Assembly (NCBI GenBank): GCA_031370005.1
Contig: JANMPT010000002.1
Location: forward strand, 1 to 51,029
Direction of reading: 5' to 3'
Origin: Bdellovibrionales bacterium
Lineage (GTDB): Bacteria > Bdellovibrionota > Bdellovibrionia > Bdellovibrionales > Bdellovibrionaceae
Length of the DNA stretch: 51,029 nt
In this document: piece by piece, positions 18,255 through 27,691 of the stretch
Numbering within the stretch: position 1 is the stretch's first letter
How the letters are laid out: every line of letters begins with the position of its first letter
Translations under genes and position numbers: made by a program
Notes under the pieces: model-generated
Databases searched by the model: none
What the model was told of the DNA's origin: nothing
Seen by the model: only the letters and a program-made list of their open reading frames with translations

Positions 18255-18982
18255 CTTATATAAACATCGTAACGGACAACTTTGCCTTCATAGGCATGGC
18301 GCACACCTGACAGAAGCTCTTTAGCACCCTTAGGACGTTTTACCACCACCCGACTTACGGGCCAACGCAAGGCCGCTTCGAGCACCATCGAGGCATCTTC
18401 ATCATTGCCCACAAGTTCACGGAAAACTACCATTTCTTGTTTCGGTAGTGCCGTTTTCTTTTTATGCGGATACATAGGATCAAAAAAAATTGCATCGATC
18501 TCACGAGAGCTCTCTGGGGATCGCAAGTACTCATAACTGTCAGCGCTAACAAAACGAAGCTTACTCTGAAGCACGGGGGCCTTCTTTAAAGCTTCATCTA
18601 AGAGGACAAAAAGCAACTTTGATCTTTCCACCGAGGTCACTTGAAACCCAAGTTGGGTCATGAAGACGGCATCAATACCAAGACCCGCTGATAAATCCAA
18701 AACTCGCCGAGCCCCCTTGGAGTATCCCAGTGCCTTCGCGAGCAACTCATTTTTCCCTCGGATTTCTTTGTGCTGATAGTTCAGGTGATCTTTTAAGAAA
18801 TCAATTTCGAGAATGCGTCTCTTAGAATCCACTAGACACAAAGAGCTGGCAGAAAGCTCTAAACAAAATGGAAAGTTTTGGTGGTCCTCGGGATTTACTG
18901 GAATTTGTAAAAAACTGGCAAGGCTCTCAGCTTTTGCTTTCTGATTAACATCTCGAAAAATAAGACAGCTTATATTCCCCAT
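18251..18982 (-). CDS. rsmJ: 16S rRNA m2G1516 methyltransferase RsmJ-like
   Basis: VLDLSAGLGIDA, FDPMYP, KKTALPKQEM, RVVVKRP, RYDVY. Confidence 0.85.
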   Translation of the reverse strand: MGNISCLIFRDVNQKAKAESLASFLQIPVNPEDHQNFPFCLELSASSLCLVDSKRRILEIDFLKDHLNYQHKEIRGKNELLAKALGYSKGARRVLDLSAGLGIDAVFMTQLGFQVTSVERSKLLFVLLDEALKKAPVLQSKLRFVSADSYEYLRSPESSREIDAIFFDPMYPHKKKTALPKQEMVVFRELVGNDEDASMVLEAALRWPVSRVVVKRPKGAKELLSGVRHAYEGKVVRYDVYIR

Positions 18983-20055
18983 GCCTGCCATTGAGCCCAG
19001 TACCAAATATTTTCAATAGACCATAAAAAGATTGTCACAAGAACGAGATTATAGCCACGACGGCGAATTTGGATCAGATCCGAACCCGCAGGGCTCTGCA
19101 AATGATTAATGCTAATAAAAAATGGGAATGCACTAAAAGCTAAAACAGCGCCTAAAAACCAAGCCCAGAAGCTCCCCGCGTAGCGAAGATGGTAAAAAAT
19201 AAACAATGCCAGGAACGACAACCACCATACTTTGAGGAGTGTCTTGGACTTATCAAAACCTAGCCATGTAATGGTATTATGAAAGTGCGCCTGGGAATTG
19301 ATCATGATGAACTCAAAGTTTTTGATATGTTGAAGGAAGACCACAAGCCATCCCCATATTATACCCAAAAATAAAGACTCTAAATCCCAAGTGCCCGCTA
19401 TAGAAATATGATAACCCGTAGTCAGCAAGGGTCCCAAAAGCAGAAAAACAAAAAGCTCTCCGCCCTTTTGGTATTTGAAAGATCCCTTTTTAAGAAACTG
19501 TGCCCAAATACCCACCAAAAAAGTCAGCACGACCACCCCAATGACGACTGGAAAAGCAATGATGACAGTGGCAGAGATCAAAATCGCCAAGATAACGAAA
19601 AAATTAGCCCAGCTTTTCACTTGTTTTGCGGTCATCCAGCCTCTTTGAATCACCCGGCTTCCGGCCTTTGGGTTGATACGATCGAGGCCCTTCATATGGT
19701 CCATATAATCATTGCGAAGGTTCACAGCGATATAAGTCGAAAGAATTCCCAGGGTACTCAATAAGACCACCAAGGGATCCTGGATGGTGCCATCTACAGC
19801 ATTCTTCACCAAGATTAAGTACATCGGAAACAACACCAATATAAAAGAGCGCACCTTCAAAAGATACAGCAACAACATCGGCAGGCCCGGCTTTTCAATT
19901 TCTCGAAGTGATTTAATTTCAAAGCTAACAATTTCTTGTAGCGAATTCGCATTCAGCGTGCGAATAGGCAAAGCCCGCTTGTCTTTAGAGAAGGTTCCCA
20001 AAAGATACGATTCGAATTCCGGCGAGCTTTTAGAAAGTGTAATCACTTCACTCAC
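18970..20055 (-). CDS. UbiA-superfamily prenyltransferase, MenA-like paralog
   Basis: NLRNDYMDHMKGLD, GSRVIQ, GGELFVFLLLGPL; multiple TM helices; 4-nt overlap with the polyprenyl synthetase gene. Confidence 0.8.
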   Translation of the reverse strand: MSEVITLSKSSPEFESYLLGTFSKDKRALPIRTLNANSLQEIVSFEIKSLREIEKPGLPMLLLYLLKVRSFILVLFPMYLILVKNAVDGTIQDPLVVLLSTLGILSTYIAVNLRNDYMDHMKGLDRINPKAGSRVIQRGWMTAKQVKSWANFFVILAILISATVIIAFPVVIGVVVLTFLVGIWAQFLKKGSFKYQKGGELFVFLLLGPLLTTGYHISIAGTWDLESLFLGIIWGWLVVFLQHIKNFEFIMINSQAHFHNTITWLGFDKSKTLLKVWWLSFLALFIFYHLRYAGSFWAWFLGAVLAFSAFPFFISINHLQSPAGSDLIQIRRRGYNLVLVTIFLWSIENIWYWAQWQAWGI

Positions 20056-21020
20056 GAAGGCTTATTTCTCCAATAGAGAAGATCCGTCAGCGGATTAAGA
20101 TAGGTTAAAAGTTTTTCTTCACCTGGCTTTAAGTGAGTCTTTAATCTATCCATGTGATGAAAATAAAGATCAATTAGCTTTTCATTTGCCTCATCGAAGG
20201 CCTTAAGCTGTCCATCAAAATAATCCTTACCGCCAATGCTATTATAGAAACTCTCGAGATCCCTTGATCGGGCTACCTGATCAATTTGCTGACGACTCAG
20301 GCCAACGCAAACAAAAGCCCCAAAAGAATTCAAGTATCCAGACTTTAAATCAGACAAGACTGCCTTGCCTTCGTAGTTACGAACATTATAGTCCAATAAG
20401 TCATCACTGCGCTGAAAAAGCTGCCCAAGAATGGTGCCCATTTCTTCAAGAGTTCTATGCAGCTCCTCATCGTATCTTTCTAAAGATATAAATGGTGAAC
20501 GTAAACACCACTTAAACAAAGAGGATGTCTTCAAATTATGAATACGATCAAGCTGATCCAAGGTGACGAAAAAATCCCCCACCACTGAGTCCTGCAACCA
20601 CTCGCCCTCAAGCAAATCTGAAATCACTTGAGAGGTATAGGCGACTAGTTTGATATTTCCATAACCAGAAAGGTTCACCATCACTCGAGCCAGAAGGTAG
20701 TCCCCCGCAAGAACTGCATATTCAGGAGTATATTTTAGCCACGCAGTGGTTTTCCCACGACGAAGATGGGATCTATCTACCAAGTCATCATGAAGCAAAG
20801 ACGCATTATGGATAAACTCAATAGTTTGAGCGAGAAGCCGCTCCGTTTTATCGGTAAGCTTCAAGGCATCACTCATCATCCAGATCATTTTTGCGCGAAA
20901 GCCCTTGCCGCCGCTAAATAGATCGTCATAAAGCAGGTTTAGCTTAGGCAAATATGCTGGGAAATCTTTAGAGTCATAGATTTTTAAATCCATGACATTG
21001 CGCTGCAAAGTAAGCTGCAA
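20052..21020 (-). CDS. Polyprenyl diphosphate synthase (IspB/HepT family)
   Basis: GGKGFR, EFIHNASLLHDDLVD..RRG, AVLAGDYL, KTSSLF, FQRSDDLLD. Start is TTG 21020 or ATG 20993. Confidence 0.92.
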   Translation of the reverse strand: MQLTLQRNVMDLKIYDSKDFPAYLPKLNLLYDDLFSGGKGFRAKMIWMMSDALKLTDKTERLLAQTIEFIHNASLLHDDLVDRSHLRRGKTTAWLKYTPEYAVLAGDYLLARVMVNLSGYGNIKLVAYTSQVISDLLEGEWLQDSVVGDFFVTLDQLDRIHNLKTSSLFKWCLRSPFISLERYDEELHRTLEEMGTILGQLFQRSDDLLDYNVRNYEGKAVLSDLKSGYLNSFGAFVCVGLSRQQIDQVARSRDLESFYNSIGGKDYFDGQLKAFDEANEKLIDLYFHHMDRLKTHLKPGEEKLLTYLNPLTDLLYWRNKPS

Positions 21021-21109
21021 AGTAAGCTCCTATAGCCAGTTTGGAAAGACCGTAAGATTTCAAATTTATATACTTGCTGTCAAGGAGTCCTTCGCCTTAC
21101 AAGTTAAAA

Positions 21110-21535
21110 ATGAGCATAAAATTTAAAAGCCAAATCCGTATTAAGTTCCGAGAGGCCGATCCGGCCCAAATCATGTACTTCGCTAACGTATTTAGCCTTG
21201 CCCATGACGTATTTGAGGAGTTCATCCTTGCTGCTGGTTACAAATATCAAGAATGGTTTAGCCCTGACCTCCATATAGTCCCCATTCGTCATGTCGAAGC
21301 TGACTATATGGCCCCACTCATTCCAGGCCAAACCTATGATGTCACAGCAGTTGTGGCCCATATGGGGGAAACTTCCTTCAAGATGGCGTATAAGTTTGAA
21401 CAAAATGCCAAAACTCACGCCATGGTTTTTATGGTGCATGCTGTACTTGACCCCAAGACAAAGGCAAAAATGACCCTGCCAGTTGCAATGAGGCAACGCC
21501 TCAATCCTTACCTGGAGACCTCTCATGGAAACTAA
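21110..21535 (+). CDS. Hotdog-fold thioesterase, possibly DHNA-CoA hydrolase
   Basis: IKFREADPAQIMYFAN (4HBT-like motif); menaquinone gene neighbourhood. Confidence 0.75.
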   Translation: MSIKFKSQIRIKFREADPAQIMYFANVFSLAHDVFEEFILAAGYKYQEWFSPDLHIVPIRHVEADYMAPLIPGQTYDVTAVVAHMGETSFKMAYKFEQNAKTHAMVFMVHAVLDPKTKAKMTLPVAMRQRLNPYLETSHGN

Positions 21536-21968
21536 ATCTGAATGGTGGCGAGCTGGTATCCAATTTCAATGCCAAGGTTCGGGCCAATGTTGTACGTCTC
21601 ATGGTGAGTTCGGTTATGTCTTTTTAACCTTGGAAGATCGTAAGCGCATGGCAAAGGTTCTAAAAATACGAACCTCAGAGTTCACAAAAAAATACTGCGA
21701 AAAATCAGGCGGCATCTGGCATCTAATTGAAGAAAAGGGCAAACCCAACTGTCTGTTCTTGGAGGGCAAACGCTGTGGTATCTATGACGGCCGCCCCACT
21801 CAATGTCGTACATGGCCATTTTGGCCGGAAGTTATGGACGCAAAATCTTGGAAAAAAGAAGTCGTCGACTTCTGCCCTGGAGTTGGCAAAGGCAAAGTCT
21901 ATGACGGCGATGAAATCGAAAAAATCCTCAATGAACAAATCAAAAGCGAAAAGGAGCTCGGCAAATGA
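21525..21968 (+). CDS. YkgJ-family cysteine cluster protein
   Basis: FQCQGSGQCC...CLFL...CGIYDGRPTQCRTWPFW...CPG. Confidence 0.88.
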   Translation: METKSEWWRAGIQFQCQGSGQCCTSHGEFGYVFLTLEDRKRMAKVLKIRTSEFTKKYCEKSGGIWHLIEEKGKPNCLFLEGKRCGIYDGRPTQCRTWPFWPEVMDAKSWKKEVVDFCPGVGKGKVYDGDEIEKILNEQIKSEKELGK

Positions 21969-23014
21969 GTGACTCACAAAAATGGTTAAGCTTGGTACTA
22001 ACGGCAGTCGCTGGAGTTTTATTATATTTGTTAGCCCCAATCTTAATGCCTTTTTTAGCGGGCTTTCTTTTAGCTTATCTCGGCAATCCGATAGTAAACC
22101 GCCTGACGCAATGGAAAGTTCCCCGCATTATTTCCGTCTTCATCGTGTTTTTCGCCATCACTTTGATTTTTGTGATTTTAATTGGAATCCTCGTCCCTGG
22201 AATCAAAAATCAAATCGTCTATTTGAATACCAAAATGCCGGATTTCATAAAGTGGACCAACGCCCAAGCCCTGCCTTGGATTGAAAACACCTTCCAAATC
22301 GATATGAAGCACTTTGATGTCGCAGCACTCACCGACTCACTCTCAAGCTCGTGGCAACAAGCTGGGTCTATAGCTGGTCAACTTATTTCTAAGCTTGCAG
22401 TATCCGGAATAAGTATCATCGGCTTCTTAGTCAATATGGCTCTTATTCCTCTTGTGACTTTTTATCTGCTGCTCGACTGGGATAGCCTCATAAGACACAT
22501 TGGAGAACTCTTACCTCGCCATATTGAAGGCCAAGTTAAAACTCTTGTGAAAGAATGCGATGATGTCTTGGGAGCCTTCCTCCGTGGTCAACTCTTGGTT
22601 ATGATCTGCTTAAGCATTGTGTACGCAATTGGTCTAAAGATCGTTGGACTTGATATCGCAATTATCGTCGGCTTGGTCGCAGGTCTTGGCAGCTTCATTC
22701 CTTATTTTGGTTTTACTATCGGAATCGTGATTGCCACCATCGCAGCGATTTTTCAATTCCAAGAATGGCCTCCACTTTTTTGGGTGTGGGCGGTCTTTAT
22801 TGCCGGTCAGTTCATAGAGGGCTGGGTGCTTGTACCCTATTTAGTTGGCAACAAGGTCGGTCTGCACCCCGTAGCGGTAATCTTTGCAATACTTGCTGGT
22901 GGCCAACTCTTCGGATTCTTCGGGATGCTTCTTGCCATCCCTGTGACCTCGGTGATTGTGGTGTTGATGAGAGATGGGCGCCGTCGTTATTTCGCGAGTG
23001 TCCATTACAAATAA
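21965..23014 (+). CDS. AI-2E family transporter (PerM-like)
   Basis: ILMPFLAGFLLAYL, FYLLLDW, FLRGQ, FIPYFG, VGLHPVAVIFAILAGG. Confidence 0.92.
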   Translation: MSDSQKWLSLVLTAVAGVLLYLLAPILMPFLAGFLLAYLGNPIVNRLTQWKVPRIISVFIVFFAITLIFVILIGILVPGIKNQIVYLNTKMPDFIKWTNAQALPWIENTFQIDMKHFDVAALTDSLSSSWQQAGSIAGQLISKLAVSGISIIGFLVNMALIPLVTFYLLLDWDSLIRHIGELLPRHIEGQVKTLVKECDDVLGAFLRGQLLVMICLSIVYAIGLKIVGLDIAIIVGLVAGLGSFIPYFGFTIGIVIATIAAIFQFQEWPPLFWVWAVFIAGQFIEGWVLVPYLVGNKVGLHPVAVIFAILAGGQLFGFFGMLLAIPVTSVIVVLMRDGRRRYFASVHYK

Positions 23015-23028
23015 GGATCCAGCTGACA

Positions 23029-24171
23029 CTAAAAATCTTCAAGAGACAACGCAGTGACGTCCTTACTTAATTTGTGTTTTTTTGCCTTAGGTGCAACCAC
23101 GTACAAATGATCAAGTTTTAAATCTGCAGCGGCAATTTTCATGGACTGAGTTAGTATTGGGACATCCCCATACTTAAACTCATAACCAATTCTTTTTCCA
23201 CTTTGAAAGGTAAGCAGATCAATCTCAGCTTGATTATGAGTGCTCCAAAAAAAACTTTCTTCGTTCCGTATTGCCAGTGTAGATAATACCTCTTCTAAAG
23301 CAAACCCTTCCCAAGAAGCCCCAAGCTTGGGATGCGCCCTTAGCTCCTGACGATCATTCACGCCTAATAAAGTATGGTAAATTCCGGAATCTCTGAAATA
23401 CAACTTTGGAGCTTTGACTTGTCGTTTGGAGATGTTCTCGTGCCAAGGCTGTAAAAGTCGAATCATGAACGTTTGAGTAAGAATTTCGATATAACTGCGA
23501 ACTGTCATATCTGAAACGCCAAACGAGACTGCAAGCTCTGAGTAGTTCAGCGTCTGGCCATGATAATGAGTCAGCATCATCCAAAAACGTCGCATAGTTT
23601 GTGGCGCAATTTTAAAACCAAATTCAAAAAGATCTCGCTCTAAGAATGTGGAAATATAATCTTGTCGCCATCGAGTGCTATTTTTCTCTCCTGTAGCTAA
23701 ATAAGAACGTGGAAACCCGCCACGGAGGTGCAGCCTGCTAAGATCCTGAACCTCTTTAAATTGAAATGGAGTCAGTTCTATATAAGAGATTCGACCTGCG
23801 AGAGACTCTGAGCTTTGTTGAATCAGCTCACGGGAAGCCGACCCCAGAATTAGAATACGGACTTGCCGTTTTCTTTTATCCACTAAAGTTCGCAAATAAG
23901 GAAAAAGCTCGGGAACCCGTTGAATCTCATCAATGATAATAAGACCATTCAGATCATCAAGGGCTAAAACTGGATTTGCTAACTGGCTTAAATGCCGAGG
24001 GTCCTCTAAATCAAAAAAATGGACGTCATTTTTAATCGTCATTGCATAGCTTTCGGCCAATGTGCTTTTTCCACATTGCCGTGGCCCAAGAAGTGCAACC
24101 ACCGGATTGACCGCAAAGGCATCTTTGATTTGTTCAAGGGCAGAGCGCCGAACGTATTCATGAGCTTTCAT
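23029..24171 (-). CDS. AAA_14 ATPase with DUF4143 C-terminal domain
   Basis: GPRQCGKS, IIIDEIQ, ESLAGR, GGFP, KAPKLYFRDSG, AEIDLL..GYEFK. Confidence 0.9.
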   Translation of the reverse strand: MKAHEYVRRSALEQIKDAFAVNPVVALLGPRQCGKSTLAESYAMTIKNDVHFFDLEDPRHLSQLANPVLALDDLNGLIIIDEIQRVPELFPYLRTLVDKRKRQVRILILGSASRELIQQSSESLAGRISYIELTPFQFKEVQDLSRLHLRGGFPRSYLATGEKNSTRWRQDYISTFLERDLFEFGFKIAPQTMRRFWMMLTHYHGQTLNYSELAVSFGVSDMTVRSYIEILTQTFMIRLLQPWHENISKRQVKAPKLYFRDSGIYHTLLGVNDRQELRAHPKLGASWEGFALEEVLSTLAIRNEESFFWSTHNQAEIDLLTFQSGKRIGYEFKYGDVPILTQSMKIAAADLKLDHLYVVAPKAKKHKLSKDVTALSLEDF

Positions 24172-24186
24172 ACTCTAACTGTAAGC

Positions 24187-24221
24187 CATGAAATATCATA
24201 GTGCAACTATGATATTTCATG
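24187..24221. repeat. Perfect 16-bp inverted repeat upstream of the DUF4143 ATPase
   Basis: catgaaatatcatagt-gca-actatgatatttcatg. Confidence 0.9.
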
Positions 24222-24239
24222 CTCTAACTACCGAAACAC

Positions 24240-24575
24240 CTACTTCTTAAGCGTACCCAGAAGGTAACTCAAGATCTGTTCTCGATCCTCTTCTGGATGA
24301 ATCGTAAAGGTCTGCTGGCGATGCATATCAGTATCCACAGGGTTATAACTAAGCGCCACTTTGTTTTTGATACAGACATCCAAACAACCAGAGTTCACAA
24401 CGCGTATTTGTTTGCCGTGGCCTTGCTCTTTTAGCTGACTTTTTAAATACTTTTTAAGGTTTTCTGATGCATTGCCATCTTCTTTCAACTTCAACTCATC
24501 AAGGCTTTTTCCGCATTTTTCACAAATAAGAACGATAGCATCGGACCAAGCAGTTTTTTGTTTCTCAATAGCCAT
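24240..24575 (-). CDS. Thioredoxin-like [2Fe-2S] ferredoxin-domain protein
   Basis: LICEKC...VVNSGCLDVC. Confidence 0.7.
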   Translation of the reverse strand: MAIEKQKTAWSDAIVLICEKCGKSLDELKLKEDGNASENLKKYLKSQLKEQGHGKQIRVVNSGCLDVCIKNKVALSYNPVDTDMHRQQTFTIHPEEDREQILSYLLGTLKK

Positions 24576-25752
24576 ACAAATCCTTTTTTAATTGCTTCCA
24601 CAGAATCTTACCTAAATCTGAGCGAGGAATATTTCGAATATACCTTACTTCATGGATTCTTTCAAAAGGCAGCACCTGCTTGTTAAAAGTTTCTTTCAAT
24701 TGAAGTAGGAAATCCTTCTGATTTTCTAGTGTCGTTATTAAATGAATCTCGGTCCCCAGGCGTGCAGACGGCGCATCCATTAGTAAAACTTGCTGAGTGA
24801 CAGTGGCATTGAGAGCATTTAAAACCCGGTCAAAAATTTCACGAAGTCGTCCCATGGAGCTACTCTCCCCGCCAATTTTTATAAAATCGTTTTTGCGCCC
24901 AACAAAGCGAACATGAGCCCCCTCAAGGCTTACAAAGTCTTCAGTGGTCAACCAACCCTCTTCTTTCGGGTCCCAATCAAGAATTCTCCCATCTTTTTGT
25001 CGCTGCCCATAACATGTTAAAAGCGACGGGCCACGAATCTGCAAAAGTCCTTGCTGATTTAATCGCAGCTCGATGTGGCTTAATTTCTGTGCCAGCGGCA
25101 AATCTCTTGATTGTAAAGTCTCAAGTGAGGCCGTTGCAATCTGCGAACAAGACTCGGTCATCCCGAAGCTTGGTAATAGCGGCCATCCTAACTCCCTCCC
25201 CTGAACATAAAGACTTTCACTCAAAAGGCCACCGCCGACAATCACTGCTCTTAAATAAATCGGCGATTTAAGTTTTGCTTGTATGAGGTCAAAAATCTGA
25301 GTCGGCACCATGGAGGTAATCGTGACCTTAGATTCAGTAAGAGTTTTATGAACACGCTCAGGGTTCCATTTTTCAAAATCAAAGATCACCTGACTATTTG
25401 AAAGCAAGGCCCGCACTTCTACGCCGAGGCCTCCCACGTGGAATCTTGGCAAGATTTGCAGCCAAATGTCCGCACTAGAGGTGCGCAAATGCATGTTTAC
25501 TGATTTCGCTGAAATAAGAAATGCTTTTTTAGAAAGCGCGACCAGCTTAATGTGCCCCGCTGATTCAGAGGTTGAACCCGAGGTTGCAATCCAAATATGT
25601 CCATGAAGATTTCGTTCTTTCGAAATACTGTTAGCCACCTCTTGAAGCGATTGGCTTTCAATTGCAGGCCAATAAGAGTTCAATAAAATATGATTCTCAG
25701 GACTTTGCCAGTCGATATTTTGGGGGTTTAGCGAACCTTCACTTGCGCCCAT
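24565..25752 (-). CDS. menE: o-succinylbenzoate-CoA ligase
   Basis: TSGST, LPRFHVGG, SMVPTQ, SFGMTE, GRKNDFIKIGGE, PRSDLGKI; follows menC. Confidence 0.85.
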   Translation of the reverse strand: MGASEGSLNPQNIDWQSPENHILLNSYWPAIESQSLQEVANSISKERNLHGHIWIATSGSTSESAGHIKLVALSKKAFLISAKSVNMHLRTSSADIWLQILPRFHVGGLGVEVRALLSNSQVIFDFEKWNPERVHKTLTESKVTITSMVPTQIFDLIQAKLKSPIYLRAVIVGGGLLSESLYVQGRELGWPLLPSFGMTESCSQIATASLETLQSRDLPLAQKLSHIELRLNQQGLLQIRGPSLLTCYGQRQKDGRILDWDPKEEGWLTTEDFVSLEGAHVRFVGRKNDFIKIGGESSSMGRLREIFDRVLNALNATVTQQVLLMDAPSARLGTEIHLITTLENQKDFLLQLKETFNKQVLPFERIHEVRYIRNIPRSDLGKILWKQLKKDLYGY

Positions 25753-26720
25753 GGCTCCCTCATCAACAGCCGGTCAAAGCCAATACCACGACCCGACGGG
25801 CGCTTTAAAAATGGCCCCGAGCTTACCACCTCTGCAGAATAAGCATCCATTTGAAAAAGCTTCAGCGTCATGCAGCCCGCATCCAAGACACGCTGCGGAT
25901 GAGCTTTTTTTAATTCACATGCAATAGCTAAGGCATGAATTACACCGACCGGATGATCCATATAGCTTGTCACTGCGATTTTAAAATCATGGACAATGCA
26001 ATTTTGAACCGTGCTGCTTACGTCCATCTTTGCGGGCTTTAAAATCACCACATCAAATGGTTTTCCTTGAACTCGCTTGAGATCAACTTTTGAAAGCTGA
26101 TTATCAATTGCTATCGGCGCAAACCGCCTCGCCTCGGTCCAGGCTTGAGAATCAAATGGGAATGGGTCTTCCACATATTGAACTCTCTGCAAAGCAACTT
26201 TACTTACTGCGGACATGAATCGCTCATAAGTCTGCCAAGTGCCGATGGCGTTAAAATCCAAGCGCAATTTGAAAGCACCATCTTTACCCAACAAGCTAAT
26301 AAGCTCGGCTTCTTTTTGCAAATCGCGACCGACTTTGATTTTTACCGTCTCAAAGCCCTCCGCCTTCAGCCGGTCAGAGAGATCCTCTGATTCGGAACTG
26401 ATATCAGAAATAATGTAGTTATTCTTAATTGTCGCCGTGCCCTCAAACGCATTCTTTCCTTGTTTACGAAGTTGCGCATCTTTGCGTGCCATCCAGATGC
26501 TTTGCTCTAAGATTGTGGTAATTTTCCCCTGACGAATTCCCGCTAATTGATCTTCCCAGCTTTGATCTCCTAGCTCTGGCCATGGATGCAAATCTGAATA
26601 TCCTACAAGACCGTCTGGCCACTCAATTTTAAGAAGAACTCCTTTGCGCTCCCCCATGTTGGCAACACTACTAAGATTTTGAACAGGTTTTAATGTGTAG
26701 GAGCTGTAGTTAATTTTCAT
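25728..26720 (-). CDS. menC: o-succinylbenzoate synthase
   Basis: Enolase superfamily motifs KIK, RLDFN, YVEDP, IAID, ILKP; lies between menA and menE. Confidence 0.85.
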   Translation of the reverse strand: MKINYSSYTLKPVQNLSSVANMGERKGVLLKIEWPDGLVGYSDLHPWPELGDQSWEDQLAGIRQGKITTILEQSIWMARKDAQLRKQGKNAFEGTATIKNNYIISDISSESEDLSDRLKAEGFETVKIKVGRDLQKEAELISLLGKDGAFKLRLDFNAIGTWQTYERFMSAVSKVALQRVQYVEDPFPFDSQAWTEARRFAPIAIDNQLSKVDLKRVQGKPFDVVILKPAKMDVSSTVQNCIVHDFKIAVTSYMDHPVGVIHALAIACELKKAHPQRVLDAGCMTLKLFQMDAYSAEVVSSGPFLKRPSGRGIGFDRLLMREPWAQVKVR

Positions 26721-27598
26721 GCTAAAAAAAATCCTAAACTGAGGAGCAGCCCAAAAGTTAAATGCAGGAATGCTGCCTGACCCAAATATTTATTATAAAC
26801 TACGCTAGGTTCAGTTTGAAAAATATTTTTTATAATAAGCAAGGCTAAAGGCAAGCTTAAAAATGGAATCATCACCGCCGTCTTAAAACCAAGGACCCAC
26901 CAGTAGCAGTTCATAACAAAAGGAGCAAGACTCAAGAGTGCGATCTCATAACGAGCAAAGCTCTTACCCATGCGAACTGCCAAAGTTCTTTTATTCACCA
27001 ACTTATCCTGATCCGCATCGCGAAGGTTGTTGATGGCAATTAAGACAGTCCCGTGAAAACCGACTTGCAAGCCCAACCAAAACGACTGGAAAGTCCATTC
27101 CTGAGTATGTAGAAAAAAAACTCCCATCACAGCAACTAAACCAAAGAAGATCACAACAAAAAGATCACCCAAGCCAAAATAAGCCAAAGGAATTGGTCCC
27201 ATGGTGTAGGCATAGCCCATGAGAACCGACAAGATCCCAATTACTAAAATTATCGTCCCGCCTTTGACGACTAATGGGACTCCGCAAATAACAGCAAGTA
27301 AGAAGCAAATCCCCGCTGCCAACATCACTTGTTTGTAACTAAAGAGACCCGATTGAGTAACACGCTGAGGACCGATGCGTTTGTCCGTATCCGCACCTTT
27401 TTTAAAATCCACTGCATCGTTCACCAAGTTGGTACCGATTTGAATAAAGAAACTCGCCAGCAAAGTAAGAATCACCACTTGCTTATCCACCGGCATGTGC
27501 AGAGCACTTACCAAAGCAGTTGCTGCAATAATGGGAACCAGGCACGCGGTAAGAGTTTTTGGTCGAGTGGCCATAAGCCAATTTTTGATACTTTGCAT
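26717..27598 (-). CDS. menA: 1,4-dihydroxy-2-naphthoate prenyltransferase
   Basis: RPKTL, QIGTNLVNDAVDFKKGAD, GLGDLFV, NNLRDADQD...KRTLAVR. Confidence 0.93.
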   Translation of the reverse strand: MQSIKNWLMATRPKTLTACLVPIIAATALVSALHMPVDKQVVILTLLASFFIQIGTNLVNDAVDFKKGADTDKRIGPQRVTQSGLFSYKQVMLAAGICFLLAVICGVPLVVKGGTIILVIGILSVLMGYAYTMGPIPLAYFGLGDLFVVIFFGLVAVMGVFFLHTQEWTFQSFWLGLQVGFHGTVLIAINNLRDADQDKLVNKRTLAVRMGKSFARYEIALLSLAPFVMNCYWWVLGFKTAVMIPFLSLPLALLIIKNIFQTEPSVVYNKYLGQAAFLHLTFGLLLSLGFFLA

Positions 27599-27691
27599 TA
27601 GATCCTCTGATATGACGTTAATATTAGTATCAGACTTTATTTTCGGTGACCAAATGAAAAACCGTCGTTACATCACTGGTTAGACCAATTT

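Noticed and set aside
21002..21028. 12-bp tandem repeat (gctgcaaagtaa x2) at the polyprenyl synthase start
   Set aside because: Real but in-frame with only two copies; no evidence for phase variation.
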